Virus record (IMG/VR): IMGVR_UViG_3300019886_000067
Location: 16,398-80,397 of that record
Direction: 5' to 3' (one strand)
Source: a virus
DNA length: 64,000 nucleotides
Shown: positions 46,791-55,645 of the stretch, in pieces
Numbering within the stretch: position 1 is the first letter of the stretch
Layout of the letters: the number at the start of each line of letters is the position of its first letter
The notes under the pieces: model-generated
The model's database searches: none
Told to the model about the DNA's origin: nothing
What the model saw: only the letters and a program-made list of their open reading frames with translations
Position numbers and translations under genes: made by a program

Positions 46791-46870
46791 TGGAGAAGGA
46801 GGGATTCGAACCCTCGTCTTACCGCTGCGCCATTAGCGCGTTACACGGCAATCGACACCAAGCCTTCCCC
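46791..46870 (-). ncRNA. mini-tmRNA: tRNA-like domain only, no mRNA-like domain
   Basis: GGGGAAG/CTTCTCC-A with G3:U70, stemless D-loop ending GGTGTCGA, helix TTGCCG/CGGTAA, GAC linker, T-arm GAGGG-TTCGAAT-CCCTC. Confidence 0.8.
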
Positions 46871-46884
46871 GTCTTCAAACCATA

Positions 46885-47058
46885 TCACGTATAGCGCTCC
46901 GGCGTCTTGGTCGGCCCAAGCAGCCATATCAAGAACTTGTAAAGCAGGTAGAGCCCAATCGCAACACCCAGCACTTCGCCTAGCGCCACGGCCGTTCCTT
47001 CGCCGCCGCCGGACGCGAATCCAACAACTATCAGTAGCAATGCGATAAGAAGTATCAT
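46885..47058 (-). CDS. small two-helix membrane protein
   Basis: MILLIALLLIVVGFASGGGEGTAVALGEVLGVAIGLYLLYKFLIWLLG; TTGACA-N17-TAGGGT-N6-ATG. Confidence 0.65.
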   Translation of the reverse strand: MILLIALLLIVVGFASGGGEGTAVALGEVLGVAIGLYLLYKFLIWLLGPTKTPERYT

Positions 47059-47119
47059 GCAAGCACCCTAGCAAACCCAGGGAAGCTTGTCAAGCGCTAC
47101 GGACCAACTTCCTCGCCAC

Positions 47120-47329
47120 TCATTTCTTCAGGACGTTCAGGTAGAAGCGAGCACGGGCGGCGTTCTTGCCTTTGCCTTTAGCGATGGCACGGACTTTGGC
47201 TTGATTGACCTTGCCGTTCTTGTTGACGCCGGCCGCTTTGCGAAGCGCACCATTCGATTTGACCTTGAGTGGCTTGCGCTTCTTGGCTGCCGAGCGCTTC
47301 CGGGTCGTTTTCCTCCGGGCCTTAGCCAT
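47120..47329 (-). CDS. highly basic small protein
   Basis: Lys/Arg-rich, no acidic residues. Confidence 0.7.
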   Translation of the reverse strand: MAKARRKTTRKRSAAKKRKPLKVKSNGALRKAAGVNKNGKVNQAKVRAIAKGKGKNAARARFYLNVLKK

Positions 47330-47438
47330 CAGGACACTAGTCCGATCACAAGGCCAATCACGAATCCCACAAAGCCACTCAGGCCGATCAGTTCAAGGTC
47401 GTAGCGTCTCCGTGCTCGTTGGATTGCGGGTATCTGAA

Positions 47439-47615
47439 TCATCCGTTCATCCCGTAACGCGCTTGTTCTGCTCCGCCGAGGTCTGGGCGATTGGCTCCCT
47501 GCGCCGGCCGTTTCTGCTCTTGGGACTTGAGGCCGTCTAGGACTTTGCGGCTGATAGGACGACTTGCCCCGCTGGCCTTTACCTTCTTAGAGACCGGACG
47601 GTTTATCGCTGGCAT
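47439..47615 (-). CDS. small basic protein
   Basis: Translated by hand; shares RPAQG with 47619..47810. Confidence 0.5.
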   Translation of the reverse strand: MPAINRPVSKKVKASGASRPISRKVLDGLKSQEQKRPAQGANRPDLGGAEQARYGMNG

Positions 47616-47618
47616 CCG

Positions 47619-47810
47619 CTATACCGAAGACAGAGAGTTTTTGCCCTGAGCCGGCCGCGCAACAGATTTGGACTTCAGTGGATCGTGGACTGTGCGCTTG
47701 GTTGGCACGCGGTTGTTGGTTGCAGCCGGCAGAATGCCTACCGCTTTAGGGCCAGTTGGCTTGAGGTACTTACGGTGGCGCTGGATTGTTACCTGTTTGA
47801 GGACAGCCAT
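47619..47810 (-). CDS. small basic protein
   Basis: GGAGG RBS; TAATG coupling. Confidence 0.6.
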   Translation of the reverse strand: MAVLKQVTIQRHRKYLKPTGPKAVGILPAATNNRVPTKRTVHDPLKSKSVARPAQGKNSLSSV

Positions 47811-48010
47811 TACGCCTCCGTGAGAGTCTTGAATCCGGCCTTTTCATGCTTGCGCACCTGCGCGGCGTCGGTTTCTTCGCCTTCCGTAAGTGTTACAACA
47901 CCAGCGGCTTCGCGTGCCTTGTGGTCGTAGACCTTGCCGGAGGGCACAGCAACTAGCACCTGTGAAAGACCTGCTATCTGGGCAGTGTTGAGAGAGAATT
48001 TACGAGCCAT
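47810..48010 (-). CDS. hypothetical protein
   Basis: First gene of the leftward operon. Confidence 0.6.
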   Translation of the reverse strand: MARKFSLNTAQIAGLSQVLVAVPSGKVYDHKAREAAGVVTLTEGEETDAAQVRKHEKAGFKTLTEA

Positions 48011-48432
48011 GTGTTCTTAGAACTTTACCGCTTGACGTGCCCTGCGTCCGGTTCCTTCAAATTGAGGCGCTTGGTGCCACAAATTGCAGGGGTATGTACC
48101 ACTTACAAGGCGTTTTCCACCCCCATGCTACGTCGAAGTGGTACTTGCGGCCCATCTTTCACTCCTAATTTACTCAATTTATATAGGGAAGTGTACCACT
48201 TGTATTTTCACTATTCGTATGTGGGACTACCACCGCGTACCCAGGAAACCCAGGGACACTTTCTGTTTCTCGTTGTCAACATATCATACGATCCTACTAT
48301 GTTTCATGCTGTCAATAGGTAATGTTTACATCCCTGGGGTTGCTGGTATGGTAAGTCGCGCAGCGAGTGAGCGAGGTACATGGTAGCTAGCGCTGCGTGA
48401 CATCCAGAACACGCAGCGCTGCTCACCATCGC

Positions 48433-48957
48433 TCAATTGTGCTTGCAAATAACCTCCCCTTCGACACGTCGATTAGATATGTTTGCGATCAATGCAGCGG
48501 GCTTGTGATCGGTCTGTCGTGTCAGTACGACAGTGGCGAGCGTGCGGCCGTGGTCATTGCTATATCGGTCGCGCGCTGTGCGAAAGACTGTTACGTGACC
48601 CGCGCTTGACTGCTCAGTCAAGGCGAACGGTGCAACGGCCGCAACATCGTAGCCGATGCTATGTTCGGTGGGCGCACAGCGCAGCCAACCAGACGTATGT
48701 GGCGCTATAGCAAAGCCGCGCGTAGATATATCGCCATTGCTTGATGTAAGCGGCGGCACTGGTGCCGGTGGTTCATACGGCCAACCATTGATGCACGCGG
48801 GCTGTTGATGGCCTTCCACGGTAATGAATCCGCCGCACTTGACGGTCGCACCTTCAGCGATCCACGCTGCTAGCGTGGCACTACCGAACGTCAGCACAAG
48901 GGCCAGCGTGATAATCATGGTGGCTGTACGTGCGTTGTGGTGTTGAATGGTTCGCAT
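48433..48957 (-). CDS. secreted/membrane-anchored hypothetical protein
   Basis: TAGGAG RBS; hydrophobic N-terminal segment. Confidence 0.6.
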   Translation of the reverse strand: MRTIQHHNARTATMIITLALVLTFGSATLAAWIAEGATVKCGGFITVEGHQQPACINGWPYEPPAPVPPLTSSNGDISTRGFAIAPHTSGWLRCAPTEHSIGYDVAAVAPFALTEQSSAGHVTVFRTARDRYSNDHGRTLATVVLTRQTDHKPAALIANISNRRVEGEVICKHN

Positions 48958-48988
48958 GTGATTTGCTCCTATCTTGTTTGATCGTTGC

Positions 48989-49017
48989 ATCATAGTGTAT
49001 CGACGGGTGCTTGTCAA
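48989..49017 (-). promoter_or_regulatory. sigma70/SigA-type promoter
   Basis: TTGACA-N17-TATGAT. Confidence 0.7.
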
Positions 49018-49562
49018 GGCTTTAGGTAGATGTTGTCACCGAAGACGCTTAGCATCGCTGGGTGCGTATCATGGTAGTGGGCGTCCGCACGGTATAGAGT
49101 GCATCCGTGGACGCCTCCTAGTGGCTCCGGCTTAGTGCCGGGCGGATGGCGCAGGTAGTAATCAAACTCCAAACGGTCGCACTCCGCCTTTCGTAGCTCG
49201 CGCTCTTTTGCTTTATCGCCCTCGATACGCTTGCGCTCAGACTCTTTATGGTTGTCGTGCAATAGACCGTCAGCACGCATAGCATCATGCACAAGAGAAG
49301 CCGTCTCACGGTCTGCCTTGTCCGCATCATGGGCCACATGATCCGTAGCCATAATGTCGTGCTCTAGCGCCTTAGCATCTTTGCTGAGACGGCGCTCGTC
49401 ACGGTGGGCGGTCTGTAGATCGTGGATGCCTGCACTAGCGTCGTGCAGTAGCCCATCATGGGCACTGGCCGGCGTTGTGAGCGATACAGACGCAAACAAC
49501 GCAAGGATGAGATATCGTCTCAATTCTTCGCCTCCCCTAATAGATCGGTTCGCAAGCGCCAC
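49014..49562 (-). CDS. secreted His/Asp-rich protein (start probably about 49523)
   Basis: Signal-like RRYLILALFASVSLTTPASA; repeated HD dipeptides. Confidence 0.55.
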   Translation of the reverse strand: MALANRSIRGGEELRRYLILALFASVSLTTPASAHDGLLHDASAGIHDLQTAHRDERRLSKDAKALEHDIMATDHVAHDADKADRETASLVHDAMRADGLLHDNHKESERKRIEGDKAKERELRKAECDRLEFDYYLRHPPGTKPEPLGGVHGCTLYRADAHYHDTHPAMLSVFGDNIYLKP

Positions 49563-50259
49563 GGACGATAACAGAACGGCTGGACGGATTCAAGAGGCCG
49601 TCTGTGTTCGGCGTAAACCGCTTGACGTGGACAGAGCCGCTAAGCAACCATAGTTTCGGCTGCAAGCGTTCGCCATACTTGCAGACTAGAAAGCGATGGC
49701 TATGCGCCGGCATCGTCACAGTGCGCCACGTAACAAGCTCGTCCACCACATTAGCGACACGGGATGGCGTTAGGCTCGTGTATGCCCAATACAATTCGCG
49801 GGCATAACAGGACTGCGGTATGTTGTCCTCTGTGCCGCTCGGGTACATTACGTTATGCTCGTCCGTCGAATGATCTGGGTTGCTAGGATTAGACGCAGCG
49901 AAGTAGCCGGGGCGCAGGATCAAATGCCCAAGCTCATGCGTGATAGTCGTGCAGAAAGCTAGATAGTTTGAGATCCCGTCATACAATGTTTTCCAATAGT
50001 CAGCACGCACATAAACAACGCATGTTCCGTGTGACGCCCAACCGATTACATCGCCTGGCATATCGGCTGGGACAGGCGCGAAAACTACGCTAGGAACTGC
50101 GCAAGGCAACGCGAAACTACCCTCGGGAGAATGCGCCCAATACGCGCTAGCGGCTGCTAGGGCGTCGCTGATAGGTGTTCGTGCTTGCGCTGTGTGCGTG
50201 TAGATGCTGCAAAGTGTGGTAACTAGTGCTGCTATTAGGAATGCTCTATATCTAATCAT
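49537..50259 (-). CDS. secreted matrixin/M10-like metallopeptidase
   Basis: Signal peptide; THELGHLI...HSTDEHNVMYP Met-turn. Confidence 0.7.
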   Translation of the reverse strand: MIRYRAFLIAALVTTLCSIYTHTAQARTPISDALAAASAYWAHSPEGSFALPCAVPSVVFAPVPADMPGDVIGWASHGTCVVYVRADYWKTLYDGISNYLAFCTTITHELGHLILRPGYFAASNPSNPDHSTDEHNVMYPSGTEDNIPQSCYARELYWAYTSLTPSRVANVVDELVTWRTVTMPAHSHRFLVCKYGERLQPKLWLLSGSVHVKRFTPNTDGLLNPSSRSVIVRGACEPIY

Positions 50260-50322
50260 GCAAGCAGCATAAACAGCGAACCTAAAGATAACCTAAAGAT
50301 TTGATAAATTACTCAAGAGGGC

Positions 50323-50351
50323 TTGACAATCGGCCGACACGTCCATATGAT
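50323..50351 (+). promoter_or_regulatory. sigma70/SigA-type promoter
   Basis: TTGACA-N17-TATGAT with AT-rich upstream region. Confidence 0.75.
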
Positions 50352-50385
50352 GCAAAACATAAGCGATCAAATAGGAGTCGATCAC

Positions 50386-50586
50386 ATGCACACCCCGCAG
50401 ACCATCGCCAAGCAAAACGAGTTGATAGCCAAAGCAGACAGAGAACTTGCCACGGCGAGGCAACTGCGCGCCATTCGTAATGCAGAGGAGCGCGTGCAGG
50501 TCGGCTATATAACAGACGACATCGGAAGGCGCACAGTCGCACAATTCGACTTTATGGACGCCGCGCTAGGGCAAGAAAGGCGATAA
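50386..50586 (+). CDS. hypothetical early protein
   Basis: TAGGAG RBS. Confidence 0.6.
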   Translation: MHTPQTIAKQNELIAKADRELATARQLRAIRNAEERVQVGYITDDIGRRTVAQFDFMDAALGQERR

Positions 50587-50588
50587 AC

Positions 50589-51413
50589 ATGGACCCGTAC
50601 GACACATATGAGTACGCCGGATTGACCATTCAGCTTCACTACGACGACAGAATATTTAACCCGCGCTCAGACTTCGACCACGCCGGAAAGCTGCTTTCGT
50701 TTACACACGAGTTTGACGGCGACGAATATCTAAGCGTGGATGAGGATTTGCAAATTACCTGCCCGCAGTGCCACGGATCAGGCGAGCGTGAGGGCCGCTA
50801 TAGGCTAGAACGTCTGAAAGGCTACGGTTGGACAACGATAGGGTGTGGCTCGCTAGAGGCGATGAAGGGGGAGCTAGAACGGCTTGAATTGTCGGGCAAT
50901 ACATATGTGACGGGCATCTTGAATCTAGAGATAGCGCCATGCCATGTATGCGAGCGTGAGGGCACCGTAAAAACCACTATTGCCGAGTACCTGCGCGAAT
51001 GGGCAAACGCGGATGTAGTTATTCCATTGCGCTATTCGGATTATGGCTCCGACAGTGACCTTTACGAATGCGAGGACGACGCCAACGCCGCCATATACTG
51101 TACGGCCGATACCGTGCAAAAAGAATGGGAAGGTGACAGAGACAAGGCGCGTAAATATTTGGAAGGTGAGGTGAGCGAGGTTAGCGCATGGCTTAAAGGT
51201 GACGTCTACGGATTTATTATCAAGGACGCTAACGGCGATGATCTGCCGATGCCCTTTGCGATGGATGATTCATGCTGGGGATTCATCGGCCCAGACAAGT
51301 ACGTGCGCGAAGACGCAGAGAGAATGGCCGCTAGCATCGCTGATGCTATCGCCCGAGAGGCAAAAGAGGCAGCCGCAATGGCAGCACGCGGCATAGAAAC
51401 GGTAGCTGCGTAA
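50589..51413 (+). CDS. acidic early protein with inserted CxxCxGxG zinc finger
   Basis: CPQCHGSG...CHVCEREG; WLKGDVYGF, DSCWGF. Confidence 0.7.
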   Translation: MDPYDTYEYAGLTIQLHYDDRIFNPRSDFDHAGKLLSFTHEFDGDEYLSVDEDLQITCPQCHGSGEREGRYRLERLKGYGWTTIGCGSLEAMKGELERLELSGNTYVTGILNLEIAPCHVCEREGTVKTTIAEYLREWANADVVIPLRYSDYGSDSDLYECEDDANAAIYCTADTVQKEWEGDRDKARKYLEGEVSEVSAWLKGDVYGFIIKDANGDDLPMPFAMDDSCWGFIGPDKYVREDAERMAASIADAIAREAKEAAAMAARGIETVAA

Positions 51414-51814
51414 TGTTCAACAGCAAAGACATCATAGAGGTATTCAACGGATATTCTACGTGCGCGCTATGGTCGAGCACAGACCAAAGCGACGAATCGG
51501 GAGGCGAGTATCTAGATAGTAATTACACACTAGCCGACATAGCCTCCGATACGCTCCACCTAATGACGCTTGACTGCATCGCATTTGTAACAGAGAACGA
51601 AAACGACGTATTGCTTTATTGTAGTATGTTGCCTTATAATGGCTGGACGCCGCTAGAACAGGTCGGGCATGATTTTTGGCTTTCGCGTAACGGCCACGGT
51701 GCAGGATTTTTTGATAGGGACACTGGCGATGTAGGCGACCGCCTACAGGTAGCGGCTAGGCAAATAGGAGAAACGTATATATATTCAGGTGACGACGGCA
51801 AGCTTTACATCTAG
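51413..51814 (+). CDS. acidic early protein
   Basis: GHDFWLSRNGHGAGFFDR. Confidence 0.7.
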   Translation: MFNSKDIIEVFNGYSTCALWSSTDQSDESGGEYLDSNYTLADIASDTLHLMTLDCIAFVTENENDVLLYCSMLPYNGWTPLEQVGHDFWLSRNGHGAGFFDRDTGDVGDRLQVAARQIGETYIYSGDDGKLYI

Positions 51815-51831
51815 AAAGGATAAGTGATTAC

Positions 51832-52092
51832 ATGGCCGAACCCACACACTGCGGCTCTGACGATATAGACGATGAGGGATTCTGTGAAGACTGCGGAGAG
51901 GAAGTGCAGAAAGTATTTTCAGAACATAAGGCAGAATCACAGTTTGACGACTTCCTACAAGAGGCTTACGGGACAATAGAGGTCTGCGGTATGACAATGG
52001 ACGCCGGAATAGTGCTCAAGGAATGTGACAACACGGCGTATCGTGAGGCATTCAACAATTGGACAGACGCAGAAAAAATCGAGGTTAACTAA
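51832..52092 (+). CDS. very acidic early protein
   Basis: Asp/Glu-rich; FDDFLQE.YG.IEVCG. Confidence 0.65.
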   Translation: MAEPTHCGSDDIDDEGFCEDCGEEVQKVFSEHKAESQFDDFLQEAYGTIEVCGMTMDAGIVLKECDNTAYREAFNNWTDAEKIEVN

Positions 52093-52164
52093 AGGACACC
52101 TAAGCGGGCGTTCAGGGATCGGCACTTAGCAGACTAATCAAATAACGATAAAAGGCATAAAACA

Positions 52165-52548
52165 ATGAACCTAGCTCAATTCATACAAGGTAGTTCGATG
52201 TCGCTCACGCACCTTACAGGGCCACTACTCAACAAGGACGCGGACGGATGGGAACACAACGCATTCGACGTGGGTCTAAACGGCCCGCGAGGCGCAATGA
52301 CCGTTAAATGGAGGCAAGGAATAGGGATCAAGACACGGCCGCGCCTGATAGACGTGCTGAACGCTCTGCGCTCCGACGCCATGAACACAGAGGAGACATT
52401 CGAGAATTGGTGCGCCGAATACGGATACGACAGCGATTCACGCAAAGCTGAGGCGACCTATAACGCCTGCAAGTCCCAAACAGCCGAGCTACAGCGGATC
52501 ATGGGCGCGACGTTTAACGTCCTAATGGAGGATGTTGAAGGGCTCTAA
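52165..52548 (+). CDS. early hypothetical protein
   Basis: TFENWCAEYGYDSDSRKA. Confidence 0.7.
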   Translation: MNLAQFIQGSSMSLTHLTGPLLNKDADGWEHNAFDVGLNGPRGAMTVKWRQGIGIKTRPRLIDVLNALRSDAMNTEETFENWCAEYGYDSDSRKAEATYNACKSQTAELQRIMGATFNVLMEDVEGL

Positions 52549-52814
52549 TGCTCCTATATATAGCCATAGGCTGCGCAGTGGTCGGAGCGACCGTCACAGC
52601 TTGCAGCCGCTCCATTCGTGCCCACCTGCGCAGCGCATGGCACACGCTCAGGGATGACGAGACGCGCCACACAGAGCGAGTGCTAATCGTGGCGGGCGTA
52701 CTGCTCATTGCGTCTGGGGCATTGATCCCCGGCCCGCTAGACGAGATTCTAGGTGCGCTGCTCATAGCCCGCATTGTGCGGCGCGTGACTCAACGAAAGG
52801 ACAACCAATGCTGA
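52548..52814 (+). CDS. membrane protein
   Basis: Hydrophobic helices; IPGPLDE motif. Confidence 0.6.
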   Translation: MLLYIAIGCAVVGATVTACSRSIRAHLRSAWHTLRDDETRHTERVLIVAGVLLIASGALIPGPLDEILGALLIARIVRRVTQRKDNQC

Positions 52815-53146
52815 GCACCTGCACTAAATGTCAAGAGCCTATCCATTTGGAGGACTTCGGATCGCACGGCGGATGGTTCATTCACTCCCACACGGGCCGA
52901 TTCTTTTGTGCAACCGCTAACAAACTCTGTGCTAGGCACGCCAACCTTAACCCTACCTACGGCAGTTGTGCGCCACTGCACTGGCCCGCGCCAGGGCCAA
53001 GCCGCTACCGTAGTGCTAGGCACTCACGCAAACTCGCGGAGATAGACAGCTTGCGGCAGGTTGCCCGCAAGGCGCGTATGTACGGCGAACACCGCTCCGC
53101 AGACCGTTGTGAGGCCGAAGCACGAGCCATAGAAAGCTGCCTATGA
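52808..53146 (+). CDS. Cys/His-rich hypothetical protein
   Basis: AAGGA RBS; CTKC. Confidence 0.5.
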   Translation: MLSTCTKCQEPIHLEDFGSHGGWFIHSHTGRFFCATANKLCARHANLNPTYGSCAPLHWPAPGPSRYRSARHSRKLAEIDSLRQVARKARMYGEHRSADRCEAEARAIESCL

Positions 53147-53484
53147 CACCCTGTAAGCGAATCGAGGCCGGCGCGCTGCTGATACCAGTTGGGGCCATCT
53201 TCAAGGGCCAAATCGTGGTTGTGTGCGCACATCGCCGCTACAGGCAGGCGCGCATTATCCAGCATGGCGACCGCTTTGTGCGCGTGGCCTTCAAGATCAC
53301 GCCGACAGCGGTGGATGTAGAACGCTGTTATGCACGGCACAACATATACAAAGAAGCGCCCGCGCTATCATTGCGCGAGCTTGCACGACTTGATGGCGTC
53401 CGTGTCTACGAGACGGTCACGAATCTAGCCTACGACAAAACAAGAAAGGGACCGCACCGCGTTGTGAAGCTGCAATCCATATGA
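53143..53484 (+). CDS. hypothetical protein
   Basis: ATGA overlap. Confidence 0.5.
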   Translation: MTPCKRIEAGALLIPVGAIFKGQIVVVCAHRRYRQARIIQHGDRFVRVAFKITPTAVDVERCYARHNIYKEAPALSLRELARLDGVRVYETVTNLAYDKTRKGPHRVVKLQSI

Positions 53485-53521
53485 TGCCCGAGCTATCCAT
53501 ACCTACAAGGAGGAATGCACC

Positions 53522-53737
53522 GTGAGCAAGTATCGACAGTTTGAGGTTACGTCCTGTGGCGAGCTATCCACTGTAGTAGACGTGACGACCGGACGCCCGG
53601 TCTCAAATCCACAACCCGAAGTCATGGCAACGGACTACGCCGACACGCTAAACATAGCCGCTGGTAAGGGAGTCAAGGCGCTTGCGAAAGCGCTGGGCTG
53701 TGATGACGTACCCGAGGATGAGGACGATGGAGTCTGA
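53522..53737 (+). CDS. hypothetical protein
   Basis: AAGGAGG RBS. Confidence 0.65.
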   Translation: MSKYRQFEVTSCGELSTVVDVTTGRPVSNPQPEVMATDYADTLNIAAGKGVKALAKALGCDDVPEDEDDGV

Positions 53738-53830
53738 GCTATCCACGCCTTGCGGCCGTCCCTTACTCGGCTGTATGAGTCCGCCAGCCCGGCTAGGGAA
53801 GATGTGCCCACCTGCGCGCGTAGCAACCCC

Positions 53831-53965
53831 AGGGAACCCAGGAACGAGAGGAGGCGCAGGGAACCCAGGAACGAGAGGAGGCGCAGGGAACCCAGGAACG
53901 AGAGGAGGCGCAGGGAACCCAGGAACGAGAGGAGGCGCAGGGAACCCAGGAACGAGAGGAGGCGC
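53831..53965 (+). repeat. five exact tandem copies of a 27-bp purine-rich unit
   Basis: AGGGAACCCAGGAACGAGAGGAGGCGC x5. Confidence 0.95.
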
Positions 53966-54374
53966 AGGAGCATCCGAACTATCCAGAACGCACGACGGGC
54001 AGATCATCCCCGAGTTTGGCTTTCCGTTTGGTTTTCCACCAACGGCGCGGGTGAGCAGTTGAACCACCTGATTCCGAGCTATCCAACGTTCTCTTCGGCC
54101 GTCTTTCCGTGGGTTGGTAGGTCTACCCAGGGAAGACGGTATGAGGGCGGTTTTCAACCCTACCCGGCTGCGGACTAGCCTCGCTAGAGGCTTCGGCGTA
54201 GCCCGCATCGGGGCTCTGCCACGCTATGCGGGCGAAGCTTGAGCGTAACAGGCCATGTGCCAAGCTAGGCAGGCATTGGAGATTTAGATTAGTTGACACA
54301 AAAAACACGTTGATTAATAACATCAAGGGGGGTACATTCGTACCACCAACATAGGCTCTGTACCACTTGGGGCC

Positions 54375-54403
54375 TTGACAAGCGACTAGAAAGCTGGTAG
54401 ATT
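54375..54403 (+). promoter_or_regulatory. SigA-type promoter, leaderless start at 54410
   Basis: TTGACA-N17-TAGATT-N6-ATG. Confidence 0.75.
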
Positions 54404-54409
54404 CGAGGA

Positions 54410-54736
54410 ATGGACAGACCAAATGACGACATAATCAACTTCCTGCTAAAGCATTGGGAAGGAATGCGGACTATCCGATTGGTCGTCGCGCGATGTGCTG
54501 AGGAGGGTTATCCACGGCCGCTCACGCGACACATAGCCGAATGGAAGTCTGAGCTATCCAAGCCCGACTACAAAGTCCGCTACCGACAGACCACGAAAAA
54601 GTGGCAAGTCTACGACGGCATGGGGCTAAGCTCTGAGTCGGCCGTGGGATCGTATAGCGCCGGCTCTGAGATTTCAGAACACGACTCTACAGAGGACGCG
54701 TTCGAGGCCATCAACGAGTTGATAAGGAACGCATGA
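54410..54736 (+). CDS. hypothetical protein
   Basis: Leaderless start. Confidence 0.65.
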   Translation: MDRPNDDIINFLLKHWEGMRTIRLVVARCAEEGYPRPLTRHIAEWKSELSKPDYKVRYRQTTKKWQVYDGMGLSSESAVGSYSAGSEISEHDSTEDAFEAINELIRNA

Positions 54737-54942
54737 ACGTACAGAGCTTTATCACAGGAGCGGAGGCTATCGCTGAGATTCAAGATGTGTCTCTTAGCGA
54801 GCTATCCATCCAAGCAGAACACGATCAAGTCTGGGTTGGTGCTTGCGTCGAAGACATCCCCTCAGCAGTAGAGCAAGCCAAGCTAGAGGAGCTTGGGTTC
54901 TTCTTTGACGAAGACTGTCAATGTTGGTCGTGTTATGTCTGA
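54733..54942 (+). CDS. acidic hypothetical protein
   Basis: AEHDQVW...LEELGFFFDE. Confidence 0.65.
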   Translation: MNVQSFITGAEAIAEIQDVSLSELSIQAEHDQVWVGACVEDIPSAVEQAKLEELGFFFDEDCQCWSCYV

Positions 54943-55645
54943 CACGCACGAAGAGTTCGATGTCATATGGCGCGACAGTAAATACTTCGTCTCGACGCCA
55001 GAACTAGACACGATTCGCGTAGTCCCGCTTTTGCGCTACAACGCCATGAAGCTTGAGCGTGACAAGGCGCTGAAGCAATTGGAGGCGGCATATAACGCCG
55101 GCTACGAGGAGGGCGAGTACCGCACAGGTAGCTTTGAGAACTTCTTGAGGAGGATGAAATGAAGGTCTACAGACAGCCACCGCACGATCATTTGCTTTGG
55201 CTCGGGATTGCTGTGCTGTTGATCTTCTGGATTCTATGGGCATCGGACGTGCTGCACCCATGATGTCCAAAGCTGAGGAGGAAGCACGCTTCGCATTTTG
55301 CGAGGCCGGCGACAAGACACTGACAGCCAACCGCTATCTAGCGTGGAAAGAAGCCAAAGACTTCCTATCTGATAAAGATAAACAGGCACGGGAACTACTG
55401 TTTGAGTCCGAGGCTGAACGTATCGTAGAGCGTTCCCGCTATGAAATAGAGCACGCCGAGGAGCGTGAGCGGCTTATGCGCGCTATCACTTTTGAGGCAA
55501 TTCAGCGCATGAGCACAGTGGCCGGACGTATGCGAATGTTGAATCGTGATGAGGCGAACGAAGAAATCAAGGCGCTGGCAGATAACCTGGCTGAGCCTTT
55601 GACTCTTATGCGGGAGCTTGAGGCAGCCTCACGAGCGAGAAACGT

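Noticed and set aside
46220-46870. Full-length or two-piece permuted tmRNA
   Set aside because: Both halves of the tRNA-like domain are in normal order about 21 nt apart, and the downstream sequence is explained by the RNase P RNA. A separate coding piece was not found.
47120-47329. RNase P protein RnpA
   Set aside because: Only 69 aa and lacks the AVxRNRxKR motif.
53831-53965. CRISPR array
   Set aside because: Units are exact head-to-tail copies with no spacers, and no cas genes are present.
53635-54208. Long repetitive ORFs in four frames
   Set aside because: Stop-free frames are expected from a 27-bp repeat; no clear RBS. A real protein cannot be fully excluded.
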